Counted from the stretch's first letter, positions 7,440-18,378 are shown. The stretch: DNA of 39,133 bases from Acetobacteraceae bacterium (GCA_036272815.1 DATAYA010000200.1:1-39133), one strand, 5' to 3'. The notes: generated by a model from the sequence alone, not told the origin. Numbers and translations are program-made.

Positions 7440-10400
7440 TCAGTAATTGAACTGGTAGCTCAGTCCGACGCTGTTGCCGCCCGGCCCCGAGCCGGCCGTG
7501 CTGTTCAGCTTCAGCCCGCGCCAGAGGTCGACCTGCACCTCCGCCTGCGTGCCGGCGCTGTTCGGGCCGCCAGTGCCCTGCTTGGCGCCCACGAATACGC
7601 CGCGCGAGACATACGTGCCTCCCTCGACCGAGGGGCCGGCGCCAGTCGCGGTGCCGCCGGTCACGTTGAGCCGGTCGAGGCCCAGGCCGCTGCGGATGGA
7701 GCTGAGCGGGTCGGTGACCGAAGAGCTCGCACCGCTCAGCGAGGCCAGCGCCTGCGCGATCTGGGCGTACTGGAACGGCCCGAGATTCTTCACCGACTGG
7801 CCGAAAAGCAGGTGCGCCAGCACCTCGTCCTGCGGCAGCTGCGGCGACGAGGTGAGCTTGAAGGTGGGCGCGTCGGCATAGCCGCCGATGATGATGGAGG
7901 CGGTGACGTTGCCCTGCGCGCTGTCGGCCTGGAAGTCGAGCGCCGGGTCGATCTTGTGGGCGAGCCCGGTGCCGGTGAAGGTGATCCGGCCGCGGCTGAA
8001 GTTGAGCGTCGTGCCGGCCAGGCTGAATGTGCCGTATCGCAGCGAGAAGCCGCCGCTGATCTGCGGTGCCGTCGCGGTGCCCCCGACATGCAGCCGGCCG
8101 CTCAGTTCGGCGTCGAGCCCGTGGCCGCGCACGAACACCTGTCCGGGCGCATCCAGCGTCAGGTCGAGCGCGATCGGCGGCGCGGGGGTTGGCGGCGGCG
8201 GCGGCTTCTGGCCGACGAAGCGCACGTCGAGCGTCGGCACCGAGCCGCCGAGCTTGTTCGGGATGTTGATCGTCGCCCGCAGCACCCGGATCGTGCCGCC
8301 GAGCGAGAGCGCGCCGGTTGCATGCCCATGCACCGCGAGCTGCGCGTCGAGATCGGCGGTCAGCAGGTCGGAGACGAGCGGCCGCGCCCGATGCGCGGTG
8401 ATCGTGAGATCGACCGGGATGCCCGGCGCCAGCGCGCCCACCGTGCCCGCGATCGCAATGGTGCCGGGGCCGGCGCGCGCGGTCAGCGAGGCGATCCGCA
8501 GCGTCGTCCCGCTGGCCAGGAGCCGCCCGGAAATCGCGGTCAGGTGGGCGCCTTGCACGTAGTCCTGGAACTCGCCGCCCGCGAGCGTCGCACCGCCCGA
8601 GAGCGCGGGCGCCGCAAGCGTGCCGCCCGCAAGCACATCGAGCGTCACGACGCCGCGCGCCTGCCGGCCGGAGGGGGTCAGGAACGGGTCGGTCAGCGCG
8701 AGGTCGATCCGCCCCGTCATGTGCAGGTCGACCGCCCCGCCGGCCATCAGCGGCACCGGTCCGGCGATCGCGAGGTGGCTCGCTCCGGCATCGAGATGCG
8801 CATCGAGCCGCGCCGTGGTGCCCGTCAGCGCCAGCGTCGCCCGCAGCCGTGCCGGCGGCATTCCGCCCGCTGGCCCCGAGAGCAGCCGTAGACCGCTTGC
8901 GGTCAGCGTCACGGTTCCGGTCGGCCGCGCGGTCGTGCCGCCCAGCCGCGCCGTCGCATCAATCATTCCGGCGGCGGCGAACGTCGGCGCGAAGGGTTTC
9001 ACGAGCGTCGGCGTGAGGCCGCGCGCGGTGGCGGTCAGCGCCAGCGTCGGACTGATCCGCCCCTCGAGATCGATCACCGCTGCGCCCAGGCCGATGCGCA
9101 GCCGATCGACCGCCATGCCGGGAGCGAGCGCGATCCGCGCCGGCGCCAGCAGCCGTGCCGCCTCGCCGTGCCAGTCGGCGAGCAGGCGTTGCAGCGTGAC
9201 CTGCCGGGTCGTCGCGTCCACCCGTGCGGCACCCGAGATGCGCGCCGGCTCACCCGCCAGCCCGGTCAGGTTCGCGGCCAACGTCACGCCGAGCGCATCC
9301 TGCGGACCGCTGACCGAGACCTTCGCCGACCCGCCGATCTTGCCGGCGGCGATCCTGGATGCCGTCAGGTCCGCGCTCACCATCGGATGCGTCGTCGGAT
9401 CGGTGATGCGCGCGGCGAGGTCGATCCGTCCGACCCGACCCGCCGGCACGCCGGCGCCGTTTGCATGAAGGTGCAGCGTCGCCGCCTGCGCGGTCAGGTT
9501 CGCATCGGCCTGGAGGCTGCCGGCAAGGTTCTGGCCGACGAAGGGGGCGAGGTCGGCGAGCCGCGACATGCGCAGCTTGACCGCGCCCGTCGGCAGCGTG
9601 GCACCCTTGGCCATCGCGAAGGCGCCGGACACGTCTGCACTCTTCCAGGTCGCCCGCGTGATCGCCGCGTGCAGCGTGCCGTCGGCCGCCCGCCTGACCG
9701 CCGCATCGACCGCGAGCGGCGCGCCGGCGAGGCTGCCGCGCGCGGTGATCTGCCCGGTCGGCGCGCCCGGCAGGCCCTGCGCGCGCAGCGTGGCGCTGAT
9801 CGGCCCGCGCGGCACGCCGGGCGCGCCGACCGCGCCGGACAGGTCCGCTGCCACCGTCAGGTCGCCGTGCCGCCCGCGCACCGTGCCCTTCGCGGCAAGG
9901 TCGCCGGTCAGGCTCGGCGCCAGGGCCGCGAGGTCGGGCAGGCTGGCGTCATAGGCAAGGTCGAGCGCGCCGTCGTTGTCGCGTCCATGCGCGTCGAGCC
10001 GGACGTTTGCGCCTGCGATCGAGAGAGAGGTGAGGTCGAAAATCTGCCCGTCGAGCTTTGCCGCCACATGATAGGTCGTGTCCCGCCCGAGCAGCGCCGG
10101 CGCCGGCGCCGGGCCGGAGAGCACGGCCAGATTTCCGTCGATCGTGGCCGTGGTGACGCTGTCGGCAGTCGCCGCCCGCAGCGTCAGCGCGGTGCGCCCG
10201 TGCAGATCGACCCCGCCGATCGCCGCGAACGGGGCGAGGTCGGGCAGCGTGAGCGCCGCCTGCACGGAGAGCGCGCCGCCGGTCTCGGCCGTGCCCGCCA
10301 TCCGCAGCAGCGGATGGGCCAGCGCGAAGGCGACTGGCCGGTCCGGCCGGTCGAGCCGTAGCTGCGCCTGGAACAGCAGTGGCGCGGCCCCGAGCAGGCC

Positions 10401-11444
10401 CGCCTGTGGGCCCGGCAGGCGCAGGCCGTCGAGGATCGCGCGCAGCGCCACCGCCCCGCGATTGCCGGAGAGATCGGCCACGATCGTGCCCACGGTCCCG
10501 CCGCCCGCGTGCAGGCCGAACACGCGCAACTGCCCGGTCGCGTCAGGCCGCGCGAAGACGCCGCTCACATGCGCGTCGAGCCCGACCGCCTGCCACGAGA
10601 GGTCGGGCCGCGGCGCCATCGCGGGCGCCGTTGCCGCGATGTCGAGATCGGCCCGGTTGGCCGCGAGATCGACGGTCCCGTGCCCGTCCGCGTGCAACGG
10701 CCCGGCCGCGAGGTCAAAGCGCGTGGCGAGCGCGCTGCGTGGGCCGTCGACGTTTGCAGAGAGTGCCAGCGCCCCGAGATCTGGCAGGCCCGATGCGGTC
10801 GCGACCAGCCCGTGCGCCGGCTCCTGTGCCGTCAGCCGCGCCGCGATCCGCGCCGCATCGATCCGTCCGGCGACGCGATAGTCTCCCGGCATGTCGAGCC
10901 GGGTTATCGCGATCGCGCCGCTGCCGGTGGTCAGTGTGTCGAGCGTCAGGTGCCCGGAGACCGCGAGGGCCGCCACCGTGCCCACGACCGGCGGATCAAG
11001 CTCCAGCCGGTTGATCGCGAGCCGTTGCACCACGACCCGCAGCGGCAGCGTGAAGCTCGATTTCCGCGCCGCCGCTCCGTTGCCCGGCGTGGCGGAGACC
11101 GGCAGCCGCAGCACATGGATGCCGTCCGCGGTCAGGCTCCTGGCCGCGACCTCGCGCGATAGCAGCCGCAGTGGCGACCAGACGAGCCGCAGGTTCTCGG
11201 CCACCGCATACAGGCCGCGCGCATCGCGCAGCTCCACACGACGAATGCGCACGTCGGTCGGGAATGTCCCTCCAATGCCCTGCGCCACCACGGTCCCGCC
11301 GGTCAGCCGCGCGACCAGTGCGGAAATCTCCGCCCGGCCCGGCGCGGTATTGGCCGCCAGCAGCACGAGGGCCACCAGCAGCACCGGCACCGCGACCAGC
11401 GCACCCGCGACCCAGAGGGCTATCTTTCCTGCGCGCCGCATCAA
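7440..11444 (-). CDS. tamB: Translocation and assembly module subunit TamB (AsmA-like, C-terminal DUF490)
   Basis: 1334-aa ORF with an N-terminal membrane anchor (KIALWVAGALVAVPVLLVALVLLAANT), a long Ala/Gly/Thr/Leu-rich beta-type body and a C-terminal end ..GLSYQFNY. Its ATG overlaps the tamA stop by 4 nt (11441-11444). Confidence 0.85.
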   Translation of the reverse strand: MMRRAGKIALWVAGALVAVPVLLVALVLLAANTAPGRAEISALVARLTGGTVVAQGIGGTFPTDVRIRRVELRDARGLYAVAENLRLVWSPLRLLSREVAARSLTADGIHVLRLPVSATPGNGAAARKSSFTLPLRVVVQRLAINRLELDPPVVGTVAALAVSGHLTLDTLTTGSGAIAITRLDMPGDYRVAGRIDAARIAARLTAQEPAHGLVATASGLPDLGALALSANVDGPRSALATRFDLAAGPLHADGHGTVDLAANRADLDIAATAPAMAPRPDLSWQAVGLDAHVSGVFARPDATGQLRVFGLHAGGGTVGTIVADLSGNRGAVALRAILDGLRLPGPQAGLLGAAPLLFQAQLRLDRPDRPVAFALAHPLLRMAGTAETGGALSVQAALTLPDLAPFAAIGGVDLHGRTALTLRAATADSVTTATIDGNLAVLSGPAPAPALLGRDTTYHVAAKLDGQIFDLTSLSIAGANVRLDAHGRDNDGALDLAYDASLPDLAALAPSLTGDLAAKGTVRGRHGDLTVAADLSGAVGAPGVPRGPISATLRAQGLPGAPTGQITARGSLAGAPLAVDAAVRRAADGTLHAAITRATWKSADVSGAFAMAKGATLPTGAVKLRMSRLADLAPFVGQNLAGSLQADANLTAQAATLHLHANGAGVPAGRVGRIDLAARITDPTTHPMVSADLTASRIAAGKIGGSAKVSVSGPQDALGVTLAANLTGLAGEPARISGAARVDATTRQVTLQRLLADWHGEAARLLAPARIALAPGMAVDRLRIGLGAAVIDLEGRISPTLALTATARGLTPTLVKPFAPTFAAAGMIDATARLGGTTARPTGTVTLTASGLRLLSGPAGGMPPARLRATLALTGTTARLDAHLDAGASHLAIAGPVPLMAGGAVDLHMTGRIDLALTDPFLTPSGRQARGVVTLDVLAGGTLAAPALSGGATLAGGEFQDYVQGAHLTAISGRLLASGTTLRIASLTARAGPGTIAIAGTVGALAPGIPVDLTITAHRARPLVSDLLTADLDAQLAVHGHATGALSLGGTIRVLRATINIPNKLGGSVPTLDVRFVGQKPPPPPTPAPPIALDLTLDAPGQVFVRGHGLDAELSGRLHVGGTATAPQISGGFSLRYGTFSLAGTTLNFSRGRITFTGTGLAHKIDPALDFQADSAQGNVTASIIIGGYADAPTFKLTSSPQLPQDEVLAHLLFGQSVKNLGPFQYAQIAQALASLSGASSSVTDPLSSIRSGLGLDRLNVTGGTATGAGPSVEGGTYVSRGVFVGAKQGTGGPNSAGTQAEVQVDLWRGLKLNSTAGSGPGGNSVGLSYQFNY

Positions 11445-13345
11445 AACGCCTGCCCAAGCCCGATGTAGATATCGTACTTGTCGCCGCCGGGCTCGCGATT
11501 GACCGGCACCGCGAAGTCGAGCCGGATCGGTCCGAACGATGTATAGTAGCGCACGCCGACCCCGGTGCCGACCCGGGGCGTGCCGGTGAACGGTGCGCTG
11601 CTGGTGCTGACCTGGCCGGCGTCGACGAATGCGACCGCCCCGAAGCTCTTGAAGAAACGCTGCCGGAACTCGACCGTCCCGGCATCGAGCGAGAGCCCGC
11701 CCACCGGGTTGTTGTCCGCGAAGCGCGGCCCGACCGACTGGTAGCGGAAGCCGCGCACGGTGTCGCTGCCGCCGGCATAGAAGCGCTTGTCGGGCGGCAC
11801 GGCGGCGAGCGTCGCGCCCTGCGCCGTGCCGATGGTGCCGCGCAGGGCCAGGACGCTGCGGCCCGGGGCGCCGAAATTGAAATAGGTCGACGCCGTGGCC
11901 TCGATCAGCGCGAAGCCGCCGGCACGCGGGCTGCTCGTGGTGCCGGGAACGATGTTGCCGGAGCTGGTGTTGACCGGGAAGGCAACGGTCGGCGTTACGA
12001 ACATGCTGGCGCGGATACCCCTCGTCGGGTTGAGCAGATTATCGGTGCTGTCGTAGCGCAGATCGAGCGGCAGGCCGACCAGGCCGTAATGGTTGACCAC
12101 ATCCTGCTGGAGGATACGCTCGACCTCGCCCGCCTCGCCGACGCTCGCGGTCCAGTGCGGCGAGAGCGTGCGGCTGACGGTGATCGCTTGTGTTGCCGCG
12201 CGGCGTTCATAGGCCTGCAGGTTCTCGTCGATCGCGCCGAGCAGGACGTCGAGAGTCTGGTCGCGGCGCAGGAAGGCCGGCTTGATGAACTCGGCGGTGA
12301 TGGCGAATCCCGGCGAGCGGCTGGAGGAGCCGCCGAGTTGCGTGTTCTCGGCCGTCAGGATGAGCTGCTCCGCATTGCCGAACAGGTTGCGGTCCTTCCA
12401 CGAGACGGAGCCCTGGAAGCCGACGTCGGTCGCGTAGGCGCCGCCGATCGTGACCGCGTGCTTCTTCGCCTCGGTCACCTGGAAGGTGATCGGCAGCGTG
12501 CCGCCCGGACCGAGCGCCGGCGGGGCCATCGCCGCGACCGAAGAAAAGACGCCGAGGCTTTCGAGGCTGACCCGCGCCTTCGCGATCGCCGCCGGATCGA
12601 AACGCTGCCCGGCGTGGACCGTCAGCATCCGGTTGACGACACCGGGATTGACCGTCTTGAGACCCGCGACCCCGACCGGCCCTATGGTCACCACATGCCC
12701 GGCGGTGACGGGATAGGTCACGTCGAGCGTCCGCGTCGCGCGGTCGGCCAGCGCCTCGGGCGTCCCGACCTTCGCGAGCGCATAGCCGTCCTTCTGCAAC
12801 TGCGACAGCAGCCGGCCCCGCGCCGCCAGCACGTCGGCCGCGACCGCCGGGGCGCCCGGCGCCAGCGGCGCGAGCTGCGCCCGCACATCCTTTGGCACGG
12901 TACCCGCGATCGTGATGTGGCGCAGGTGATAGAGCGGTCCGCGGTGGATGGTGACCAGGACGGGCACGCTCTGCCCTTTCGGCACCGCCTCCAGAAGGCC
13001 GGGGAGCGCCGGGTCGTCGGTCGCATGGCCGTCGATGCGCACGCTGGCGTGGCCGTCGTAGTAGCCGAAGCCGCCGAGTGCCGCTTCGAGCTGGGTCACG
13101 TCCTGCCGCGCGCGGGTGATGAGCGCGAACGGGGGCACCGGCGCCTTCTTGCGCAGCGCGACGAGCTGCGAGCTGCCGGACAGCGCCGCGTCGAGCGCCG
13201 CATTGCCGGTCTTGGCGATCGTGACGGTGTAAGGTTGCGGATCGGCAGCCCTGGTTGGTGGCGTATCGGTCAGCGCCACCGCGAGAACGGCGAGGGCGAG
13301 CAGGCCGGCGGCGCCGGGGCGAGGGGGACGGAACCGCAGGGCCAT
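11441..13345 (-). CDS. tamA: Outer-membrane Omp85-family protein TamA (POTRA domains plus beta-barrel)
   Basis: 634-aa ORF with a signal peptide (LLALAVLAVALTDTPPTRAA), a POTRA-like N-terminal part, a C-terminal barrel with GGSDTVRGFRYQS and a terminal aromatic residue (..YIGLGQAF). It is coupled to tamB. Confidence 0.85.
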   Translation of the reverse strand: MALRFRPPRPGAAGLLALAVLAVALTDTPPTRAADPQPYTVTIAKTGNAALDAALSGSSQLVALRKKAPVPPFALITRARQDVTQLEAALGGFGYYDGHASVRIDGHATDDPALPGLLEAVPKGQSVPVLVTIHRGPLYHLRHITIAGTVPKDVRAQLAPLAPGAPAVAADVLAARGRLLSQLQKDGYALAKVGTPEALADRATRTLDVTYPVTAGHVVTIGPVGVAGLKTVNPGVVNRMLTVHAGQRFDPAAIAKARVSLESLGVFSSVAAMAPPALGPGGTLPITFQVTEAKKHAVTIGGAYATDVGFQGSVSWKDRNLFGNAEQLILTAENTQLGGSSSRSPGFAITAEFIKPAFLRRDQTLDVLLGAIDENLQAYERRAATQAITVSRTLSPHWTASVGEAGEVERILQQDVVNHYGLVGLPLDLRYDSTDNLLNPTRGIRASMFVTPTVAFPVNTSSGNIVPGTTSSPRAGGFALIEATASTYFNFGAPGRSVLALRGTIGTAQGATLAAVPPDKRFYAGGSDTVRGFRYQSVGPRFADNNPVGGLSLDAGTVEFRQRFFKSFGAVAFVDAGQVSTSSAPFTGTPRVGTGVGVRYYTSFGPIRLDFAVPVNREPGGDKYDIYIGLGQAF

Positions 13346-13477
13346 ACGCCATGCTAACTCAGCCCCGGGGTATTAGGGATGCGGGCGTTAAGGATGCCGG
13401 CTTCAGTTGCTCCGGGTCGCGGAACGGTCATCAGGCCATCATTGAGGCGTCGCAATGGCGGGACTATTGCAGGGGCC

Positions 13478-14437
13478 ATGCAAGACCAGCCCCGCCACAT
13501 GCTTGGGCGCCCGGCCTCGCTCCTAACGGAGCAGAGCTCGCGGCTGACGGAGTCGCCGCCACTCGGCGCCGCGCCCCGCGGCTGGGCACTGTTGCGGCCG
13601 TTGCGGGCGGCGCGGCGGCTGCTCTTGGTCGTACTCTGGACACTGGTGGCGAGCGTGGTCCAGGCGACGCTGCTGGCGCTGCCCGGCTCCGGGAAGGTGT
13701 GGTTCGCTCGGCTCTACTGGCGGGTGACGCGGCGGCTGATCGGGGTGCGGCTGCACGTGATTGGCGAGGTGGCCGGGCCGCGCGACGGCCGGTCCGTGGT
13801 CTATGCGTGCAACCACTCCTCCTGGCTTGACATCCCGGCGCTCGGCGGCGTGCTGCCCGGCTGCTTCGTCTCCAAGGACGACATCGCCGCCTGGCCGGTG
13901 ATCGGCACCGTCGCGCGCCTCGGCCGCACCGTCTTCGTCAGCCGCCGCGCCACGAGCACCGGGCGGGAGCGCGACGACATGCTCAGCCGCCTCGCCGCCG
14001 GCGACAATCTGGTCCTGTTCCCCGAGGGCACCAGCTCCGACGGCGCGCGCGTGCTGCCGTTCCGTACCTCGTTCTTCGCGATCGCCGAGGGCGAACGGCC
14101 GCCGATCATCCAGCCGGTCTCGATCGTCTATGACCGGCTCGCGGGCCTGCCCGCCGGCCGCGCCAGCCGCGCGGTGTTCTCCTGGTACGGCGATATGGAG
14201 CTCGCCCCGCATGCCTGGCGGCTGATGCAGTGGCGGGGGATGAGCGGGACCGTGCTGCTGCACGCGCCGCTCGACCCGCGCGATTTCGGCTCCCGCAAGC
14301 CTGTGGCGCAGGCGGCGTGGCAAGCGGTGGCGGACGGCGCGAGCGCGCTGCGACAGAACCGCCCGGCGCAGCCCGCGCCCGCCCACCCGGTCGAGGCGGC
14401 GACGCCGGCGCCGGCCGAGTCGGCCGTGTTTGCTTGA
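13478..14437 (+). CDS. Lysophospholipid / 1-acyl-sn-glycerol-3-phosphate acyltransferase family protein (PlsC-like)
   Basis: HX4D motif in [19 protein letters not shown] motif and an N-terminal TM segment ([14 protein letters not shown]). The start is uncertain: ATG 13478 is chosen, while 13379 and 13499 are alternatives in the same frame. Confidence 0.75.
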   Translation: MQDQPRHMLGRPASLLTEQSSRLTESPPLGAAPRGWALLRPLRAARRLLLVVLWTLVASVVQATLLALPGSGKVWFARLYWRVTRRLIGVRLHVIGEVAGPRDGRSVVYACNHSSWLDIPALGGVLPGCFVSKDDIAAWPVIGTVARLGRTVFVSRRATSTGRERDDMLSRLAAGDNLVLFPEGTSSDGARVLPFRTSFFAIAEGERPPIIQPVSIVYDRLAGLPAGRASRAVFSWYGDMELAPHAWRLMQWRGMSGTVLLHAPLDPRDFGSRKPVAQAAWQAVADGASALRQNRPAQPAPAHPVEAATPAPAESAVFA

Positions 14438-14490
14438 CAGGAGGGGCCGCCATCCCGCCACGATGCGGCGCAGGAGGACATGCTTCGGCC

Positions 14491-14519
14491 TTGACCCGAT
14501 CCGAGCCGCTTCGCATAGC
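14491..14519 (+). promoter_or_regulatory. Candidate sigma70-type promoter for miaB (TTGACC - 17 nt - CATAGC)
   Basis: Read directly in the 130-nt intergenic region: -35-like at 14491-14496 and -10-like at 14514-14519. This rests on sequence resemblance alone. Confidence 0.3.
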
Positions 14520-14567
14520 CGGCGCGCGCCGCCGGAACCCGCCGGCCGGCAAGGAGACGCGCCGCCG

Positions 14568-15947
14568 TTGAACCCCTCCACGCCGCCCCTGCGCCGCCTG
14601 CACGTCATCACCTGGGGCTGCCAGATGAACGTGTACGACAGCGCCAGGATGGCCGACCTGCTGGCTCCGCTCGGCTACGCGGCCGCCGCCGGGCCCGAGG
14701 ATGCCGATATGGTCATCCTCAACACCTGCCACATCCGCGACCGTGCCTCCGAGAAGGTCTTTTCCGAACTCGGCCGTCTGCGCGTCCTGAAGGCCGCGCG
14801 GGCCCGCGCGGGCGGACGGATGATCCTCGCCGTCGCCGGTTGCGTGGCGCAGGCCGAGGGGGCGGAGATCATCGCCCGCGCGCCCTTCGTCGATGTCGTG
14901 CTCGGGCCGCAGAGCTACCACCGGCTGCCCGAGCTGGTGGCGCGCGCGAGCCGGGCGGCCGGGGCGGTGATCGACACCGAGTTCCCCGCCGAGGCCAAAT
15001 TCGATTTCCTGCCGCCGCCCGTGCATTCTGGGCCGACCGCGTTCCTGACCATCCAGGAAGGCTGTGACAAATTCTGCTCGTTCTGCGTCGTGCCCTATAC
15101 CCGCGGCGCCGAGGCGAGCCGTCCGGCCGCCGCCGTGATTGCCGAGGCGCGACATCTGGTGGCACTCGGCGCGCGCGAGATCACGCTGCTGGGGCAGAAC
15201 GTCAACGCCTGGGCGGGTGCGGCGCCCGCCGGCGGCGGGACGTGGGGCCTCGCCTGCCTGCTGGAGGCGCTGGCCGGGCTGCCGGGGCTGGTACGGCTGC
15301 GCTTCACGACGTCGCACCCGCGCGACATGGACGAGCGGCTGATCGCGGCGCATCGTGACATCCCGGCGGTGATGCCGTTCCTGCATCTGCCGGTGCAGTC
15401 GGGCTCGGACCGGGTGCTGGCGGTGATGAACCGCCGCCACAGCACCGGCGACTATCTTCGGGTGATCGACCGCCTGCGTTCGGCGCGGCCCGACATCGCC
15501 CTCTCGTCGGACTTCATCGTGGGCCATCCGGGCGAGACGGCAGAGGATTTCGCGGCGACCTTGGCACTGGTGCGCGCGGTCGGCTTCGCGCAGGCCTACA
15601 GCTTCAAGTATTCGCCCCGCCCCGGCACGCCCGCTGCCGCCGCGCCGGGCGTCGTGCCCGAGCCGGAGAAGGACGCCCGGCTCGCCGAGTTGCAGGCGCT
15701 GCTGCGCGCGCAGCAGGCCGCCTTCGCCGCCGATTGCGTGGACCGCGTGCTGCCGGTGCTGCTGACCGGGGCCGGACGCCATCCGGGACAGCTCGCTGGC
15801 CGCTCGCCCTATCTCCAGCCGGTGCATCTGGAAGCGCCCGCACACCTGATCGGCACCGAAGCGATGGTGAAGATCGCCGCCGCCCACCCCAATTCCCTCT
15901 CGGGAACCCTCGTCCCAACCCCAGCCACGGAGCGAGCCTGCGCTTGA
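14568..15947 (+). CDS. miaB: tRNA-2-methylthio-N6-dimethylallyladenosine synthase (radical SAM methylthiotransferase)
   Basis: It has the N-terminal cluster motif [12 protein letters not shown], the radical-SAM motif [15 protein letters not shown] and a TRAM-like C-terminus. The most plausible start is TTG 14568, which lies 10 nt after AAGGAGA (14551-14557). The track ORF start at 14430 is probably an over-extension. Confidence 0.9.
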   Translation: MNPSTPPLRRLHVITWGCQMNVYDSARMADLLAPLGYAAAAGPEDADMVILNTCHIRDRASEKVFSELGRLRVLKAARARAGGRMILAVAGCVAQAEGAEIIARAPFVDVVLGPQSYHRLPELVARASRAAGAVIDTEFPAEAKFDFLPPPVHSGPTAFLTIQEGCDKFCSFCVVPYTRGAEASRPAAAVIAEARHLVALGAREITLLGQNVNAWAGAAPAGGGTWGLACLLEALAGLPGLVRLRFTTSHPRDMDERLIAAHRDIPAVMPFLHLPVQSGSDRVLAVMNRRHSTGDYLRVIDRLRSARPDIALSSDFIVGHPGETAEDFAATLALVRAVGFAQAYSFKYSPRPGTPAAAAPGVVPEPEKDARLAELQALLRAQQAAFAADCVDRVLPVLLTGAGRHPGQLAGRSPYLQPVHLEAPAHLIGTEAMVKIAAAHPNSLSGTLVPTPATERACA

Positions 15948-16966
15948 CCCACCTCTCCCCCGCCGCCGCCGGGAAGCCGGTGACCCTCCACTTCCAGGAC
16001 CACGCGCTGATGCCGTTTCTGCTCGGTGATCACGACCGCCACCTCGCCCGCATCGAGCAGGCGATGGGCGTGCGGCTGTCGTGCCGCGGCAACCGCATCG
16101 CGATCGCCGGCGACCCGGCTCGGGTGGAGGCGGCGCAGACCGCGCTCGCATCCCTCTATCGCAGGCTCGAACGCGGCGAGGGCGTGGGTGCGGGCGAGGT
16201 GGAGGCGGCGATCCGGCTGTCGGACACCGACGGCGACCCGCGCCTGCCGCTCTCGGATTTGCCGGCGATCCGCACCCGGCGCGGTGCGGTCGGCCCGCGC
16301 TCGCCCGGCCAGGCGGCCTATATCGAGACGCTGGCGCGCGACGAGATGGTGTTCGGCGTCGGCCCGGCCGGTACCGGCAAGACCTTCCTCGCCGTCGCCC
16401 AGGCGGTCGCGATGCTGCAATCCGGCCGCGTCGACCGGATCGTGCTGTCGCGGCCGGCGGTCGAGGCGGGCGAGCGGCTCGGCTTCCTGCCCGGCGACAT
16501 GAAGGAGAAGGTGGATCCGTATCTCCGCCCGCTCTACGACGCGCTGCACGACATGCTGCCGGCCGATCAGGTCGCCAAGCGCCTCGCCTCCGGCGAGATC
16601 GAGGTCGCGCCGCTCGCCTTCATGCGCGGCCGCACGCTGGCGCACGCCTATGCGATCCTCGATGAGGCGCAGAACACGACGGCGGTGCAGATGAAGATGT
16701 TCCTCACCCGCATGGGCGAGGGCACGCGCATGGTGGTGACCGGCGACCTGAGCCAGATTGATCTTCCGTCGGGCACGCGCAGCGGCCTCCATGACGCGCT
16801 GGAGACGCTGGAGGGGATGCCGGGGATCGGCGTCGTCCGCTTCGACAAGCGCGACGTGGTGCGTCACCCGCTGGTGGCCCGCATCGTCGATGCCTATGAG
16901 CAGCGCGAGGCGGCACGGCAGGAGCGCGGCCGCGGCGCGGCCGCGGCGAAGGGGCGTGGGCAGTAG
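15944..16966 (+). CDS. phoH: PhoH-family ATPase (YbeZ-like)
   Basis: It has the Walker A motif [18 protein letters not shown] and PhoH-type C-terminal motifs. The conserved N-terminal region ([24 protein letters not shown]) lies upstream of the first ATG, so TTG 15944, which overlaps the miaB TGA (TTGA), is the likely start. Confidence 0.85.
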   Translation: MTHLSPAAAGKPVTLHFQDHALMPFLLGDHDRHLARIEQAMGVRLSCRGNRIAIAGDPARVEAAQTALASLYRRLERGEGVGAGEVEAAIRLSDTDGDPRLPLSDLPAIRTRRGAVGPRSPGQAAYIETLARDEMVFGVGPAGTGKTFLAVAQAVAMLQSGRVDRIVLSRPAVEAGERLGFLPGDMKEKVDPYLRPLYDALHDMLPADQVAKRLASGEIEVAPLAFMRGRTLAHAYAILDEAQNTTAVQMKMFLTRMGEGTRMVVTGDLSQIDLPSGTRSGLHDALETLEGMPGIGVVRFDKRDVVRHPLVARIVDAYEQREAARQERGRGAAAAKGRGQ

Positions 16967-16971
16967 GGGGC

Positions 16972-17436
16972 ATGGGCAGTAGTCGCGGCCCGGCGCAGGA
17001 CGCCGGGCCGGAGATCATTCTGGCCGACCCTGCCTGGCGCCGCATGGTGCCGGGCGCAGAGACCGTCGCGCGTCGCGCCGCCCGCGCCGCCGGTGTTGCC
17101 TGTTCCGTCGTGCTCGCCTCCGATGGCGCGGTGCGGCGGCTCAATCACCGTCACCGCGGCCGCAACAAGCCGACCAATGTGCTGACCTTTCCGCCGCTGC
17201 CCGCTGCGCTCGGTGGCGCGGCCGGAGAAATAATCCTCGCCTGCGGCGTGGTGCGGCGGGAGGCGCGGGCGGCCGGCCGCCGCGCGGCGCACCACCTGGC
17301 CCATCTCGTCGTGCATGGCTGCCTGCATCTCGACGGCCACGACCACCACGGTGCCGGCGAGGCGCGGCGGATGGAGCGCGAGGAAGCGCGCATCCTGCAC
17401 CGGCTGCGGGTGCCCAACCCGTGGCGCGGGTCGTGA
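16972..17436 (+). CDS. ybeY: rRNA maturation endoribonuclease YbeY
   Basis: 154-aa ORF with the zinc motif [15 protein letters not shown] and an [10 protein letters not shown] segment. It sits in the canonical position after phoH. Confidence 0.9.
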   Translation: MGSSRGPAQDAGPEIILADPAWRRMVPGAETVARRAARAAGVACSVVLASDGAVRRLNHRHRGRNKPTNVLTFPPLPAALGGAAGEIILACGVVRREARAAGRRAAHHLAHLVVHGCLHLDGHDHHGAGEARRMEREEARILHRLRVPNPWRGS

Positions 17437-18329
17437 GCGGCGCGGGCGCGATACGGCCGGGGTTGTTGGGGCGCCTGCGCGCGCGGCTGCGCCGGCGCAG
17501 CATCGAGCACAGCGTCCGCGAGTCGATTGCGGAGCTGGTGCAGGAAGCCGCCGAGGCGCCGCACACGCCCGGCTCCGCTCCCGAGCTGGACCGCCAGGAG
17601 CAGGCGCTGATCGCCAACGTGCTGCGCCTGCGCGGCACCTCGGCCGACGACGTGATGGTGCCGCGCGCCGACATCGTCGCGATCGCCGCCGACAGCACCC
17701 ACGAGCAGGCGATCGCGCTGATCCGCCGCGAGGGCCATTCGCGCCTGCCGGTCTATCGCGGCCAGCTCGACGACATCGTGGGCATGGTCCACATCAAGGA
17801 TGTGTTCGGATACGAAGGCCGGCCGGAGGCATTCCGGCTGGAGCAGGTGCTGCGCCGGCCGCTGATGGTCGCCCCGCAGATCCCGGTGCTCGACCTGCTG
17901 CTGCAGATGCGCCAGGCGCGGATGCACCTGGCACTCGTGGTCGACGAATACGGCGGCATCGACGGGCTGGTGACGATCGAGGACCTCGTCGAGACGATCG
18001 TGGGACCGATCGCGGACGAGCACGACGAGACGCCGGCGCCGATGATCGTCGAACGCGCCGACGGCACGCTCGACGTCGATGCGCGGCTCTCGATCAAGGC
18101 GTTCGAGGCCCGCTTCGGCCAAGTGCTGAGCGAGGACGAGCGGGAGGCCGACATCGACACCGTGGGCGGCCTCGTGTTCATGCTCGCCGGCCGCGTCCCG
18201 GCGCGGGGCGAGGTGCTGGGGCATCCCTCCGGGCTGGAGTTCCGGGTGCTGGATGCCGACGCCCGCCGCATCCGCCGCCTCCGCGTGCGCCGCCCGGCCG
18301 CGAACGAGGCGGCAAGAGCGGCGGAGTAG
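17421..18329 (+). CDS. corC: CBS-pair plus CorC_HlyC domain protein (CorC/YbeX-type magnesium/cobalt efflux-associated, hemolysin-family)
   Basis: It has a tandem CBS region ([21 protein letters not shown]) and a C-terminal transporter-associated domain ([18 protein letters not shown]). The start is GTG 17421 or the in-frame GTG 17433, which overlaps the ybeY TGA. Confidence 0.8.
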   Translation: MARVVSGAGAIRPGLLGRLRARLRRRSIEHSVRESIAELVQEAAEAPHTPGSAPELDRQEQALIANVLRLRGTSADDVMVPRADIVAIAADSTHEQAIALIRREGHSRLPVYRGQLDDIVGMVHIKDVFGYEGRPEAFRLEQVLRRPLMVAPQIPVLDLLLQMRQARMHLALVVDEYGGIDGLVTIEDLVETIVGPIADEHDETPAPMIVERADGTLDVDARLSIKAFEARFGQVLSEDEREADIDTVGGLVFMLAGRVPARGEVLGHPSGLEFRVLDADARRIRRLRVRRPAANEAARAAE

Positions 18330-18340
18330 CTTGCCGGCCT

Positions 18341-18378
18341 AGGAAGGCCCTCCCCTAAGGGGAGAGGGAGCTGTTCCT
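18341..18378 (+). terminator. Imperfect GC-rich hairpin after corC (AGGAAGGCCCTCCCC-TAA-GGGGAGAGGGAGCTGTTCCT); possible terminator or REP-like element
   Basis: The core stem CTCCCC/GGGGAG with a TAA loop is read directly, and the outer AGGAA/TTCCT also pair. No clean U-tract follows, so this is not a textbook intrinsic terminator. Confidence 0.3.

Noticed and set aside
11171-13357. 728-aa plus-strand ORF antisense to tamA; similar long ORFs at 7404-8891, 9168-10361 and 8620-9468 are antisense to tamB
   Set aside because: They have no motifs and an extreme Arg/Asp/Gly/Pro composition. The tamA/tamB frames give coherent signal peptide, POTRA/barrel and DUF490-type sequence.
14106-16151. 681-aa minus-strand ORF antisense to miaB
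   Set aside because: The translation is Arg/Gly/Pro-rich with no recognisable domain, and the opposite strand carries the radical-SAM CxxxCxxC gene. It is a high-G+C artefact.
16957-16982. 10-nt direct repeat TGGGCAGTAG at the phoH stop and again at ybeY codons 1-4
   Set aside because: It is short, has only two copies and fits chance or a trivial local duplication. I could not support any structural or regulatory role.
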